A stretch of 64,000 nucleotides of DNA from an uncultured virus (IMG/VR IMGVR_UViG_3300028886_001624) (taxonomy: Duplodnaviria > Heunggongvirae > Uroviricota > Caudoviricetes), in IMG/VR virus record IMGVR_UViG_3300028886_001624, positions 62,001 through 126,000 of that record; one strand, given 5' to 3'. Both the position numbers and the translations under genes were made by a program. Positions within the stretch are counted from its first letter, which is position 1; each line of letters begins with the position of its first letter. Positions 31,500 to 41,666 of the stretch are shown piece after piece. The notes below the pieces were generated by a model. That model was not told the origin of the DNA, searched no databases, and worked only from the letters and a program-made list of their open reading frames with translations.

Positions 31500-32328
31500 T
31501 AAATTGCGCGAAGAGAGAATTGCACTCTTCAATGAGACGGTGGATACCGCCGAAAGAGGTTCATACCTCATCAACGGGAACGAAGTTGTCATCAACGAAC
31601 TTGATGACTACATGACCAACAAGACAGTCTTCTACAAGAAGAAGGTTGATATGGACCATAGCACACTCCCGAGATTCGAAACGGTCATAAAGGTTATGAA
31701 CAATGATTCCCTATACGAGGGAAAGAATCTGTTGGACGATGGCCTAAAGGTTGCAGTGCTCAATATGGCAAGTTACGTTATGCCCGGCGGAGGCGTAAGG
31801 AAGGGTTCACACGCCCAAGAGGAAGAAATATTCCTCAGAACAAACCTATACAAATCCCTCTACGCATTCCATGACATAGCGGGTGAATACAACGTGGAGA
31901 GAAACCCAAAATACTCATACCCGTTGGACTTCAGATACGGCGGAATCTACACCCCGAAGGTGACAGTCTTCCGTGGAGGCCAAGACACCAACTATTCGTT
32001 CTTGGAAGAACCCTACACCCTTGATATTATCTCTGTCTCTGCCGTAAGGAACAAGGAGGGCATGGAGACCTCAAAGAAAACCAACGACATCACTAGGACA
32101 AAGGTAAAGCAAATGCTTGACATTGCCTTGGAAAACGGCAACGATGCCTTGGTATTGGGTGCCTTCGGCTGTGGTGCATACCACAACGACCCCACCACGG
32201 TTTCCAAGATATTTGCGGATGTATTGGTGTCTGAGGAATATTCAAACCTCTTCAAGAAGATACACTTCGCAATCTTGGACGGTCCAAAGACCAACAATTA
32301 CAACATCTTCAAGACAATATTCGGATAA
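31492..32328 (+). CDS. Bacterial-type PARG macrodomain protein (TIGR02452/DUF2263-like)
   Basis: VAVLNMAS..PGGG...GSHAQEEEI, YTPKVTVFR, LVLGAFGCGAY.N.P. Confidence 0.9.
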   Translation: MNNKLREERIALFNETVDTAERGSYLINGNEVVINELDDYMTNKTVFYKKKVDMDHSTLPRFETVIKVMNNDSLYEGKNLLDDGLKVAVLNMASYVMPGGGVRKGSHAQEEEIFLRTNLYKSLYAFHDIAGEYNVERNPKYSYPLDFRYGGIYTPKVTVFRGGQDTNYSFLEEPYTLDIISVSAVRNKEGMETSKKTNDITRTKVKQMLDIALENGNDALVLGAFGCGAYHNDPTTVSKIFADVLVSEEYSNLFKKIHFAILDGPKTNNYNIFKTIFG

Positions 32329-32347
32329 ATAATAATAGAATAACGAT

Positions 32348-32863
32348 ATGGATACAAACACAAAGGAATATTCATCTTCAATATTGAAGAAGATAGACGA
32401 TAGCATGTCATCGCTGATGGCACTTCTTGCACACGGAGAGAACAACACAGAGGCAAGGAGCCGTCTCGACACGTTGAAGTTAATCAAGTCTGAATTGGTC
32501 AGAGAAAACGGCAAGTTGCACTCAAACGTGCAATACAAGATGTTGCCCCAAGAGTAACTTAAGTTGCTCTCGACCATGAAGAAATCCCATGAGGAAACCA
32601 TAGAGGGCTACATGAAGGTGAACAACACCCAATCCGCAGAATCTGAGAGGGCGGAACTCTCCATCATCATGGAATACCTCCCCAAGATGCCTTCCAAGGA
32701 GGAAACGGAATCATTCATAAGGGAGATAATCTCCCTACACCTTGCAGAGAACGGCACAATATCCATAAAGGACATGGGAAGGATTCTCCCCAAGGTCAAG
32801 GAGAAGTACCCCTTGGTTGACGGAAAACTAGTCAAGGACATTATCTTGTCTCACCAACAGTAG
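32348..32863 (+). pseudogene. GatB/YqeY-like protein with an in-frame TAA at 32555-32557
   Basis: Both halves are in the same frame; ...QE*LKLLSTMKKSHEETIEGY...ELSIIMEYLPK...KDMGRI...DGKLV follows the YqeY pattern. Confidence 0.75.
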
Positions 32864-32871
32864 CGCAAAAA

Positions 32872-34184
32872 ATGAATAGGCCCAAATATGTATTCAAGTC
32901 ACTTGGAGGGAACGATTCGGACAACTCCATAGATGATTATATTTTTTTCTGCGAGCCTCACATTTCCGGCCGCAACAACGAAGGCTATATAACAAGACAC
33001 TGTGCGTCAATAAGAAAAATAAACGGCAATGGAATGGCCTCGTTAGCAAACTTAGGTAACGAGAAACTGTTCAGAAAGGATAAGGTTGAAATATTCAACT
33101 TCAAGAGATATATCCGGACAAACATGTCTCTCATGGCCACCGGAAGGATATATAACAAGAACAAATTCCGTCACGAGTTAAACAAGGTGATTAAATGAAT
33201 GGACGCAAATATATACTCAAGTCACTTGGGGGACATGATTCGGACAACTCCATAGATGATTATATCTTTTTCTGTGAGCCTCGCATTTCCGGCTGCAACA
33301 ACGAGGGTTATGTGACAAAATACTTTGTGTCGGTAACCAAAATGAATGCCAAGGGAATTTCTTATGTGAGAAATGAAGGCGACGAGATACTGTTCAAGAG
33401 TGACTTGGTGGAAAACTTTACCTTCAAGAGATATATCCGGACAAACATGTCCCTTATGGCTACCGGAAAAATATATAATAAGAACAGATACCGTCATGAA
33501 TTAAATAATAAAACATAATCAGATGAAGAGGCCCAAATACATGCTCAAGTTAATTGTTGCCGAAAAAAGTTTAAACGGTTCAATTTATGACTGTATTTTT
33601 TTCTGTGACCCCAAAGTCTCGGGTTATAAGCACGAAGGACACATGACAAGGTACTTTGCACAAATAAAGAACTTGTCCTTCTTTGGAGGAGTGGCAATAA
33701 ATGATAAGGAAGGACTCTTAAATGAAGAGTTTGTGGAGAATTTTACCTTTAAGAAATACATGCAAATAAATATGGTGCTCATGTCCTCCGGAAAGATTTA
33801 TAATAAGAACATGTACCGTTACCAATTAAGCCGTGGGCGGTCAAAATAAAAAAAAATAAAATGAAAAGACCCAAATATATGCTAAAGTCACTCAGTGGCG
33901 CAGATAATGACATTTCAAAAACTGATTGTATTTTCTTCTGTGACCCCAAAGTCTCGGGTTTTAACAACGAGGGTTATGTGACAAAAGCATTCGTGACGAT
34001 AACCAAAACGAACATAGGCGGTAAATCAATAGCCAATTATAATTTCTTCGGTGATGAAAAACTATACAAACAAGATTTTGTTGAGAGTTTTACCTTCAAG
34101 AAATACATGAGAATAAACATGACCCTCATGTTCGCCGGAAAGATATATAACAAGAACAGATACCGTTATGAATTAAATAAATAA
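32872..34184 (+). repeat. Four tandem paralogous genes of 107-108 aa (32872-33198, 33195-33518, 33523-33849, 33861-34184)
   Basis: Shared KYxxKxL...IFFC(E/D)PxxSG...EG and FxFKxY...GxIYNKNxxR motifs. Confidence 0.9.
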
Positions 34185-34213
34185 GACGTAACTAGTATAA
34201 TGAACTGTTAATC

Positions 34214-36547
34214 ATGCTTCAATTAATTGAAATATCTACACGTGGACGTATATACGAGGGAGCAAAATTTGTTGCCTTGTGCAGCAATGAAACATTCAAG
34301 ATTCTTAAAGAGAAACAAGAAGGCAAACACCTTGGAAAAAAGGTTTATGCCCCATATTTCATATGGGTTAACAAACAATCTCCGGACACATTTGGAGACA
34401 TAACAACCCACGAGGAACTAGGCCCATATGACGTTCCTAGTAAAATCACGTTAAAGACTTACATGTGCCTCAATGAAATTCTAATGGAAAAGAACAAGGT
34501 TTTCAACAAAAATAAACATAAGAGAGAATGTCAAACAATAGAGTAGCAAAGACCTATGAAGAAGGCATAGAAGAGGCCATTTCATATGTCAAGAGAATGA
34601 TTGTCAAGAGCGACGCGCTCTTCACCACACCAAGGGAAGCCTTGGAGAATGTCAAGGTTTTCCTAGAGAACCGTTTCAAGCGTTTTATATAGAAAAAGAA
34701 AAAAAAGAAAATAAGAACAAATGAAAGAGGATATAACCATCTTTAAGTTTTTCAACTCCATAAGTGATTTCACAAAGGAGTTTGTCACAAGCCTTGAGTG
34801 TTCTCCCATAAAGGTCAAGGGTGACTTGCACGTCTTGGGCATAAGAAGACACTACAAGAACGGCATACCTTCCATAGACTTCCACCTAAAGCACTTGAAG
34901 GAGAGAAGTGACGGAAAGATTTCAAACATACCGTGTGAGGACAACGGAGAGATATGGATAGACAGCACGCTCTTCCAAGAGTCCACCTCAAGGGACGTAG
35001 TCTCCAAGATTGTATCTTGGTATGAGTCCCTAAGTGAGTTCGACTTGGCCAAAATGGCATATAAGCCCTCTCACGAGCCTTCAAATTGCGCAAACAAGGA
35101 AGAGGTCACCATATATGAAAACAACCACGCAGCATGCGAGGGAATGCGGAAAAAACGCCTTGCCTCAACATCCTTCAGAGCGGAGATAAGGCACTTTGAA
35201 AAAAACGGCAAACAAGAAAAGAAATACACGGACGAGGAACTTGCCGAACTGTAACACGCACACATAATGACAATAACCCATAATGATGAACAAAACCCTT
35301 CACTTGGACGAGATATTGGAAAGGCTCAGACTTGAGAGTTGTTCCATGTTGCGTTTCTCACCGAATTTGGATGAGTTCTTGGAATTCTTGAAACACGATT
35401 TCTACATCTTGGACTTGCACAACTTTCCGAAAAATGCTTGCGTGAGTTTCATATACGTGCCCATGCCAAGGTCAACCGTTGAAATTTCCTTCTCTAGCAC
35501 CGGAAGCAACATCTTGACGGTCAATACCAATGATGATGTAATATGTTCGTTCTCAACACCTCTCATGAATTTCTCAAAGGCAAGGTACGATAAGAGGGTC
35601 TTCCGTTTCATAGTACCCTTCTTCGGCTCCTTCCGCGTAGTATATTTCTCGGACGATGACAAGGCACTCGTTGACATCTTGAGGACATACTCCATCTTGG
35701 AGAGGCTAGGGCCGAAGACCCCCGACAATATTTTCCACACCTTCGGAACAATTTACAGAGGAATCTGCAACAAGATAAAAGAATGATGGAAAGACTAACA
35801 TACCAAACCCCCTTGGGTTCAAGACTCTTGAGCAACGTAAGAGAACACGACACCATTGCGGGACAGATAAAAGAACAAGACCAAGTGTACGAACTCTTGC
35901 GTTCCGTCTTCACGGACAAGGACACCGCAGAGTTGGTGAAGAAGAGGGTGGATGCAAACACCAACACGGCTTCTTTGTCCCTACGCTTTTACGGCCAAGA
36001 CCAAGTAATGAGGAGGATACCGAGAACGGTTCACCTCATGTTGGAGAACTATCTCTTCATCCTCAAGGTCACGTACATGAACTACGGAAAAGAGACGTAC
36101 CAAGCAAGCATAAACCTTTTTACGCTCAAGCCACACGACGTTCTCACCGTCAACTACCACGTCTGTCCGCTTACGCTTGACACGGCCCCATACGCTTATC
36201 CCACCAAGTTGGCCGCACTAGATTTTTACGAACGCACAAGCAAGTGGACGGTCAACGTGGACAAGATGGTTCGGTGCGGCGACGCTTCAAACTCTCTCAA
36301 GATGTTGAGATATTCCGGCCCCGCCACTTCCGTTTCCTTCCTCTCCACGGACAAGCGGTTCATAGTTAGGAAGGCAAAGGAACTGCTTGCACTCTCCTCT
36401 CTCACGTCACCGGTCATCTTCAATCTTTTAAAGTTAAAGTTGGACAACTTGAAGGAACTTGAACCAAAATATTATTATTTAAGGGAGACCTATGGCACTA
36501 AAAATGCTGCAAGCCAAGACCTTCCCACGTTTCTGTGCAGCACTTGA
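34214..36547 (+). other. Hypothetical ORFs 34214-34546 (distant member of the preceding family), 34721-35254, 35283-35786, 35783-36547
   Basis: Co-directional ORFs; 34214 ends KTYMCLN..LM..NKVFNKNK. Confidence 0.65.
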
Positions 36548-36637
36548 CCAAAAAGTTTATCAAATTTAAAACAAGGGCAATAATGTTAGGATAAAAAATG
36601 AGCGAACCTTGAATGGGTTCGCTCTTATGTTTATAGA

Positions 36638-37181
36638 TGGTGTGAGATTAGAGTTGGTCTTGTGGCTGCTTAATCATCAGCATAATCACCAAGACCTAAG
36701 TTTTGAGCCATTCTTTTACCTTTTTGGTGGTATCCTTTGAAATATGGACTTCGCTTCATTATTTGTTCTGCACCGCTTAATCCATCAGAGTTGGTTAATT
36801 CAATTCCGTTTTCTTGGTCTCTCCTTCCGATATTCCATTCTCGTTCCGCACTTCTTGCTTTCTCTAGATTGTTATGAATATCTCTTTCATCTTGGTCACG
36901 CCACCCTCTTGCGCTTCTTACTCGGTGGACGGCCCCCCAATCTTCTGCGTTATTACCGTGAAGACTTTCTCCACCATATTCTACTTCATTGAGTATTCTA
37001 TTCACTGACTCTTTCACGATTCTATGAAGGTCACTCTCCGTTAATCTTATAAGTTTCTTTTTCATATTGTTTTATATGTGTTTATTTTGTTATTTTTATA
37101 ATAAATATCACAATAAACAGAAAATGCAGCCATTTCTGACTGCATTTTAATATTTGTTGTGCCAACTGCTATGTTACTGCT
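36638..37181 (-). mobile_element. IS1595-family remnant: left end + cargo gene + last 11 codons of the transposase
   Basis: Minus strand reads AGCAGTAACATAGCAGTTGGCACAA then AAAATGCAGTCAGAAATGGCTGCATTTT, matching 4105-4166. Plus strand 36638-36673 encodes WCEIRVGLVAA* versus transposase end WDEIRVGLVAA*. Confidence 0.85.
36670..37065 (-). CDS. LTESDLHRIVKESV-motif protein (IS1595 remnant cargo)
   Basis: MKKKLIRLTESDLHRIVKESVNRILNE; GATATTTAT at 37101-37109 on the minus strand. Confidence 0.88.
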   Translation of the reverse strand: MKKKLIRLTESDLHRIVKESVNRILNEVEYGGESLHGNNAEDWGAVHRVRSARGWRDQDERDIHNNLEKARSAEREWNIGRRDQENGIELTNSDGLSGAEQIMKRSPYFKGYHQKGKRMAQNLGLGDYADD

Positions 37182-37860
37182 CAACCTTGGTCCAATTATA
37201 TAATCCCAAGTAATAGTTTGCATTTTGCATCCAAGTATTATAGCCACTGCTACCTTGTGGAACGTATAGAGTACCATTAGATGCTATTTCATTAAATGTG
37301 TCATCAATTAAGGTAGGTGCCGTCATGGCAAGTGACGTAATGGACGTAAGACTACTACACTCAAGGAAACACTGACTGCCAACGCTTGTAACACCACTTG
37401 GTATCGTTATGCTTGTTAAACCACTACATTCTCTAAATAAATCCTCACCAAGCCTTGTAACACCGCTTGGAATCGTTACGCTCGTTAAACTCGAACATTG
37501 ACTGAAAACAAAATCACCAATGCTTGTAACGGTGTCCGAAATCGTTATGCTTGATAACTCATAGCACCCGCTGAAAACACTATCGCCAATGCTTGTGCAC
37601 AGCGTACCGATTTCAACGCTTGTAATCTCATATTTCATGTCCACCACATCATATATCATGCTATCGGTCAGTTCTCCGCTTCCCTCAATCTCCATGGGGC
37701 CACTATAACTTGATGTCAGTTTACAGAAGAAGGGTGACTCCACGTACGGAGTATAGTGCATTTCGTTTTCTTGTACGCAAAGTGACACGTTAGGCAGTAT
37801 CAATCCGCTTTGTGCAGCCTCATATGCGCTGTGATTCTCAAATTCTTTAACGTATTTCAT
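37174..37860 (-). CDS. BspA-type LRR protein, paralog 4 (no poly-G tract)
   Basis: MKYVKEFENHSAY..PNVSLC..HY; LTSITIPSGVTS repeats; GTLYVPQGSSGY..WTKVEQ. Confidence 0.92.
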   Translation of the reverse strand: MKYVKEFENHSAYEAAQSGLILPNVSLCVQENEMHYTPYVESPFFCKLTSSYSGPMEIEGSGELTDSMIYDVVDMKYEITSVEIGTLCTSIGDSVFSGCYELSSITISDTVTSIGDFVFSQCSSLTSVTIPSGVTRLGEDLFRECSGLTSITIPSGVTSVGSQCFLECSSLTSITSLAMTAPTLIDDTFNEIASNGTLYVPQGSSGYNTWMQNANYYLGLYNWTKVEQ

Positions 37861-38274
37861 AGTTAAATTAATTAATAAAGATTTAAGTTAAGTTATTTAT
37901 TTCTCTTTATAAATATCACAATGAGTTTGTTTTTCATGGAGAAATATCCACATATTTCACGTCTTCCCGCATAAATAGGGAGGATTGAACGTATAGTAAG
38001 CGTAGAAATTAATTTTTTAAAACACTTAATTCATTGATAATCAGATAGTTAGTGTTAAACCTTATGAATTAAGTTCATAAGACTTCATAAGGGTGAAAAA
38101 TTGAAGGCGAAACCGTCAATGAAACATATATTGTTGTGGTGTTATAGTATGGTTTTGACTGACGGTTTTAAGGGAAATAAGAAAAAAAGAAAGGTGATAA
38201 TGAAAGGGTGATAAAAAAAAGAATAAGAAGAAACAAGAACAAATTAAAAGTAGTAATGATTAGAAGGAGTAATA

Positions 38275-38790
38275 AAAAGAAAGGTGATATAAAAACCTTA
38301 AAACAACAAAAAACAATAATAAAATTGTGATAAAAATAGCATTTTTTCTGACCACTGCAAAAACCTTAAAAACTGTGATAAAAAGAAGCATTTTTTGTTA
38401 CTGTTGTAAAAATCTTAAAAACCTTAATAAAAGGTGATAAAAAACAGCATTTTTTCCGACTGTTGAAAAAACCACAAAAACTGCAATAAAAACCTTAAAA
38501 AGAAGCATTTTTTCCGGCTGTTGTAAAAACCTTAAAAACCTTAATAAAAACCTTAAAAAGAAGCATTTTTTCCGGCTGTTGTAAAAACCTTAAAAACCTT
38601 AATAAAAACAGTTTTCTTTTATTAATATTTTAATTTTTATTAATTTATTTAAACTCTGCTAAAATAAATTTCGCCTATATGAAAAATTTATTTTAACTTG
38701 GCTAAAATAAATTAATATGATATTATTACCGGTACTATATTATTACATTATTATTTTCAGTACTATATTATTACATTATTATTACCGGAA
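38275..38790. repeat. AT-rich non-coding tandem repeat block (candidate origin or genome boundary)
   Basis: About five degenerate ~60-bp units with AAAAACCTTAA, GTGATAAAAA and AGCATTTTTT(C)CGGCTGTTGT; direct repeat GTACTATAT(AT)TATTACATTATTATT at about 38731-38785. Confidence 0.75.
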
Positions 38791-38937
38791 TTAATTTACT
38801 GAAAATGTAAAATCAGAAAATAAGTCTTACAGATTAAGTTTTTAGTACTAGAGCGAACCAAAATAATTTGTGCAAATATTTGTATTTCTCATATTTTTTT
38901 TATATATTTGCAAAAATTCATATTTCAGTGTAAAGAA

Positions 38938-39954
38938 ATGGCTAAAAAGAAAGAAGTGAAGGAAAGACCAAATCTGATTGAGTTGTTCCGAAACTATATG
39001 ACAAGGAAATCATCTGAACAACAGAACGATGATGATGGTTGGGAAGATATATATGGTGTCTTTAACAATTGGTGGGAAGATGAGGATGACGGATTCGCGG
39101 AATATATGAAATCCAAATACGGGAAGAAGAATAAGCATAAGAAGAACAAGAAGAAACAATTTGATGATGATGACGAGTATGACTTCAACTTTCCGGACAC
39201 CAATGAAGACGTTACCGTCCTTGATAATGACAAGAAGATATATTTCTATTATGACTATCATTATGAGGACGAGAGGGAAGAGTTTGATTCAATTGAGGAA
39301 TTCAATGAATTCTGTGAGTCCATGGGGTATTTCATCCCGGACTATGTCATAGCGGAAATGTTCTATGGGACAGAGTTCCACTGTTGCATATATCCTAGCA
39401 CTGAGCGGGACGGTACGTTTGAGGTTGCTTGCGAGTTGAGTTACGGGGAATTGTTTTTTGAGGTTTGTGATAATAGTGAGTTGGAATAGACGGTGATTAA
39501 TTATTATTTCAATAATAGAAGGTTTGAACTCCGCGAGTTGGTCAAGGATTATCTGAAGGGTAGGATAACAGACCCCTCCGTGTATGGGGGGTATGGGTAT
39601 AATTCCTTTGGAAACAGCGGCAATAAGGGTACCATTACGGTCCATAGCGTGAGGGATGTCCCGGGGTTTAATATGGTAAGGATATATTTCTATGAGTTTT
39701 CAAATCTGTATCATACACCACGGACGTTTACTAGCGTGAAAGACTTTGAGGATTTCTGCAAGAAATATGAATTGGAGTTGAATGATTGTCAGAAGACAAT
39801 GATAGCAACGCTTGGAATTGCGTATGTTGCTTGCTATGAAGGGTTTAAGGACTTGAATATCAGAGGTTCGTATAAGAATCTCAAGGATACCATGGGAGAA
39901 AGGGGTGCGTTGAAGTTAATGGACGGTATTGTGAATAACAAATTCAAACTATAA
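38938..39954 (+). other. Two related hypothetical genes (38938-39489, 39493-39954)
   Basis: IYFYYDY...FDSIEEFNEFCE versus IYFYEFS...FTSVKDFEDFCK. Confidence 0.7.
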
Positions 39955-39986
39955 AAACCATATCTCATTTCTTTTAATTGTTGAAT

Positions 39987-40789
39987 TGTACTTAATTAAG
40001 TACATGAGGGGGTGCTGCCTAGGGTGGTGCCCCCTTATTATAATAAGGTATAAAAAAGAGGTTGGTACCCTTGAATGGTGATGCCAACCTCTTCTCGTAG
40101 AAATAAAATCTTAATCTTTATGAAAACAGTAAACATGACATGTGCTATAATACCATTGTACTTAATTAAGTACATAGAGGGGGGATTTTTAGTTATCTAC
40201 TACCCTCAAGGTGGTTACCTTCTCTTTATATTCATCCTTGAAGTGGAACTGTATGAACTGTTGTTCATTTTCAGCATCCCAAAAGCCTCCTCCCGGCATT
40301 CCGGCATAGTTCTTTGCCTTTTCAACATCTGTGGTGAACTCAAGTTTATGGTTGGCTCCATCCAACTTGCTTAAGTATTCACCTTTCTCATTCTTTAAGA
40401 AATATCCACTCATAATTATATTATTGCTTAGATTTAAGTTTTATTCAAGAGACATTAAGCATTACTACGTACTTAATTAAGTACATTGGGCGGGGTGGAC
40501 CTAGTACTCATAGTCTAGGTGTACCACCTCGGGGTACTGTTCTTTGAAGAGTGTCATTATCTGTTCTCTCAAGGCCCCCGCGTAATATCCGTCCCGGCCT
40601 TCATATGCCTCGTCTTTATTATTGGTGAAGGTGAGTTTGGTATTGGGGAAGTCTATCTCCTTGATGTATACCTTAGCATTGCCCTTCTTATAAAAATAGT
40701 TTGCCATATTTTTAATATATTATTTGTTAACACTGCAAAGATATATAAAATATCTGAGAATTCCAAATTATTGTACTTAAAAAAGTACA
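39987..40789 (+). repeat. Cluster of four (T)GTACTTAATTAAGTAC(A)-type palindromes
   Basis: Copies at 39987-40004, 40157-40174, 40469-40484 and 40772-40789 (variant), each followed by a G-run. Confidence 0.9.
40189..40707 (-). other. Two small paralogous genes (40189-40413, 40501-40707)
   Basis: YLSKLDGANHKLEFTTDVEKA versus YIKEIDFPNTKLTFTNNKDEA; both end F(K)xxY.E.V. Confidence 0.7.
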
Positions 40790-41099
40790 AAGGGGGCATG
40801 CTTTACGTATATATACAATAATAGCAGCAATAATAAAATGGTGATGGTATTCATAATCAAAATTCTGAATTAAATTAATTCTTTCTTTTATCCGAGTACC
40901 TTGGTTATGAATCTACCAATTATTTATTATTATTGCCGTCGCTATGTATATATATTCTATTATCCCAATAGATTTCTTCTTATATATACCGTGGTACTAC
41001 ACTATATATATGGTTTCTATTTTTTTCTTTTCTTCTTCTTTTTTTTTCTATCTTTTTATTTGTTGATTCTTCTTCTAACTATTTGATAGATGGTGGGAG

Positions 41100-41423
41100 T
41101 CATCCCATGACATCAATTACATGGAGTTCAACGGTTTTCCATTCCCATTTGTCATCCAAGTAATTCTGTGGGTCAAGCGGGTCTAACGTCTTCACCTTTA
41201 TATAATATGTGGATATCTTCCCGCCGGTATGTGCCGTGAAGTTTGCGCACAGCCCTTCAATACCCAAATATGGTGCTGAATATATTTGGCCGTCTACGGA
41301 TTGATTCCGGATAAACTCCTCTGCTCTTTTTGATGGGTAACAATAGCCATGCGCATCAACTCTTAAAATGGTAGAGAAACGCGGCCTAACCACCCCTTCT
41401 AAATTAATCTGAATTATCTTCAT
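41100..41423 (-). CDS. Hypothetical protein
   Basis: ORF with a reverse copy of the island promoter (GGTACTTTTG) at about 41450. Confidence 0.7.
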   Translation of the reverse strand: MKIIQINLEGVVRPRFSTILRVDAHGYCYPSKRAEEFIRNQSVDGQIYSAPYLGIEGLCANFTAHTGGKISTYYIKVKTLDPLDPQNYLDDKWEWKTVELHVIDVMG

Positions 41424-41666
41424 CTAATGTATTTTTGAATTTCGGGGACAAAAGTACCTTCAATAATTGAAATGACGAAATGAAATATGGATTTTTTGAA
41501 AAAATGCCCCTTATATATAATATAATAATGTATATGGAAAAAAATTGTTTTTATTTGAAAATAATTTGATTTTTGTTTCGCTAATTCAAATTATTTGGGT
41601 ACTTTTGCAACGTCAAAACAAAAAAACAATTAACATTATCGTCAAACAATTTAAATTTCAAAGATT

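Noticed and set aside
36576..36584. GGCAATAAT as right TIR of the IS1595 remnant
   Set aside because: Only 9 bp match and no matching 8-bp TSD flanks the two ends.
7051..37860. Diversity-generating retroelement acting on LRR paralogs
   Set aside because: No reverse transcriptase in the window and no adenine-specific template/variable repeat pair was evident.
38275..38610. CRISPR array
   Set aside because: The units are contiguous degenerate AT-rich repeats without unique spacers, and there are no cas genes.
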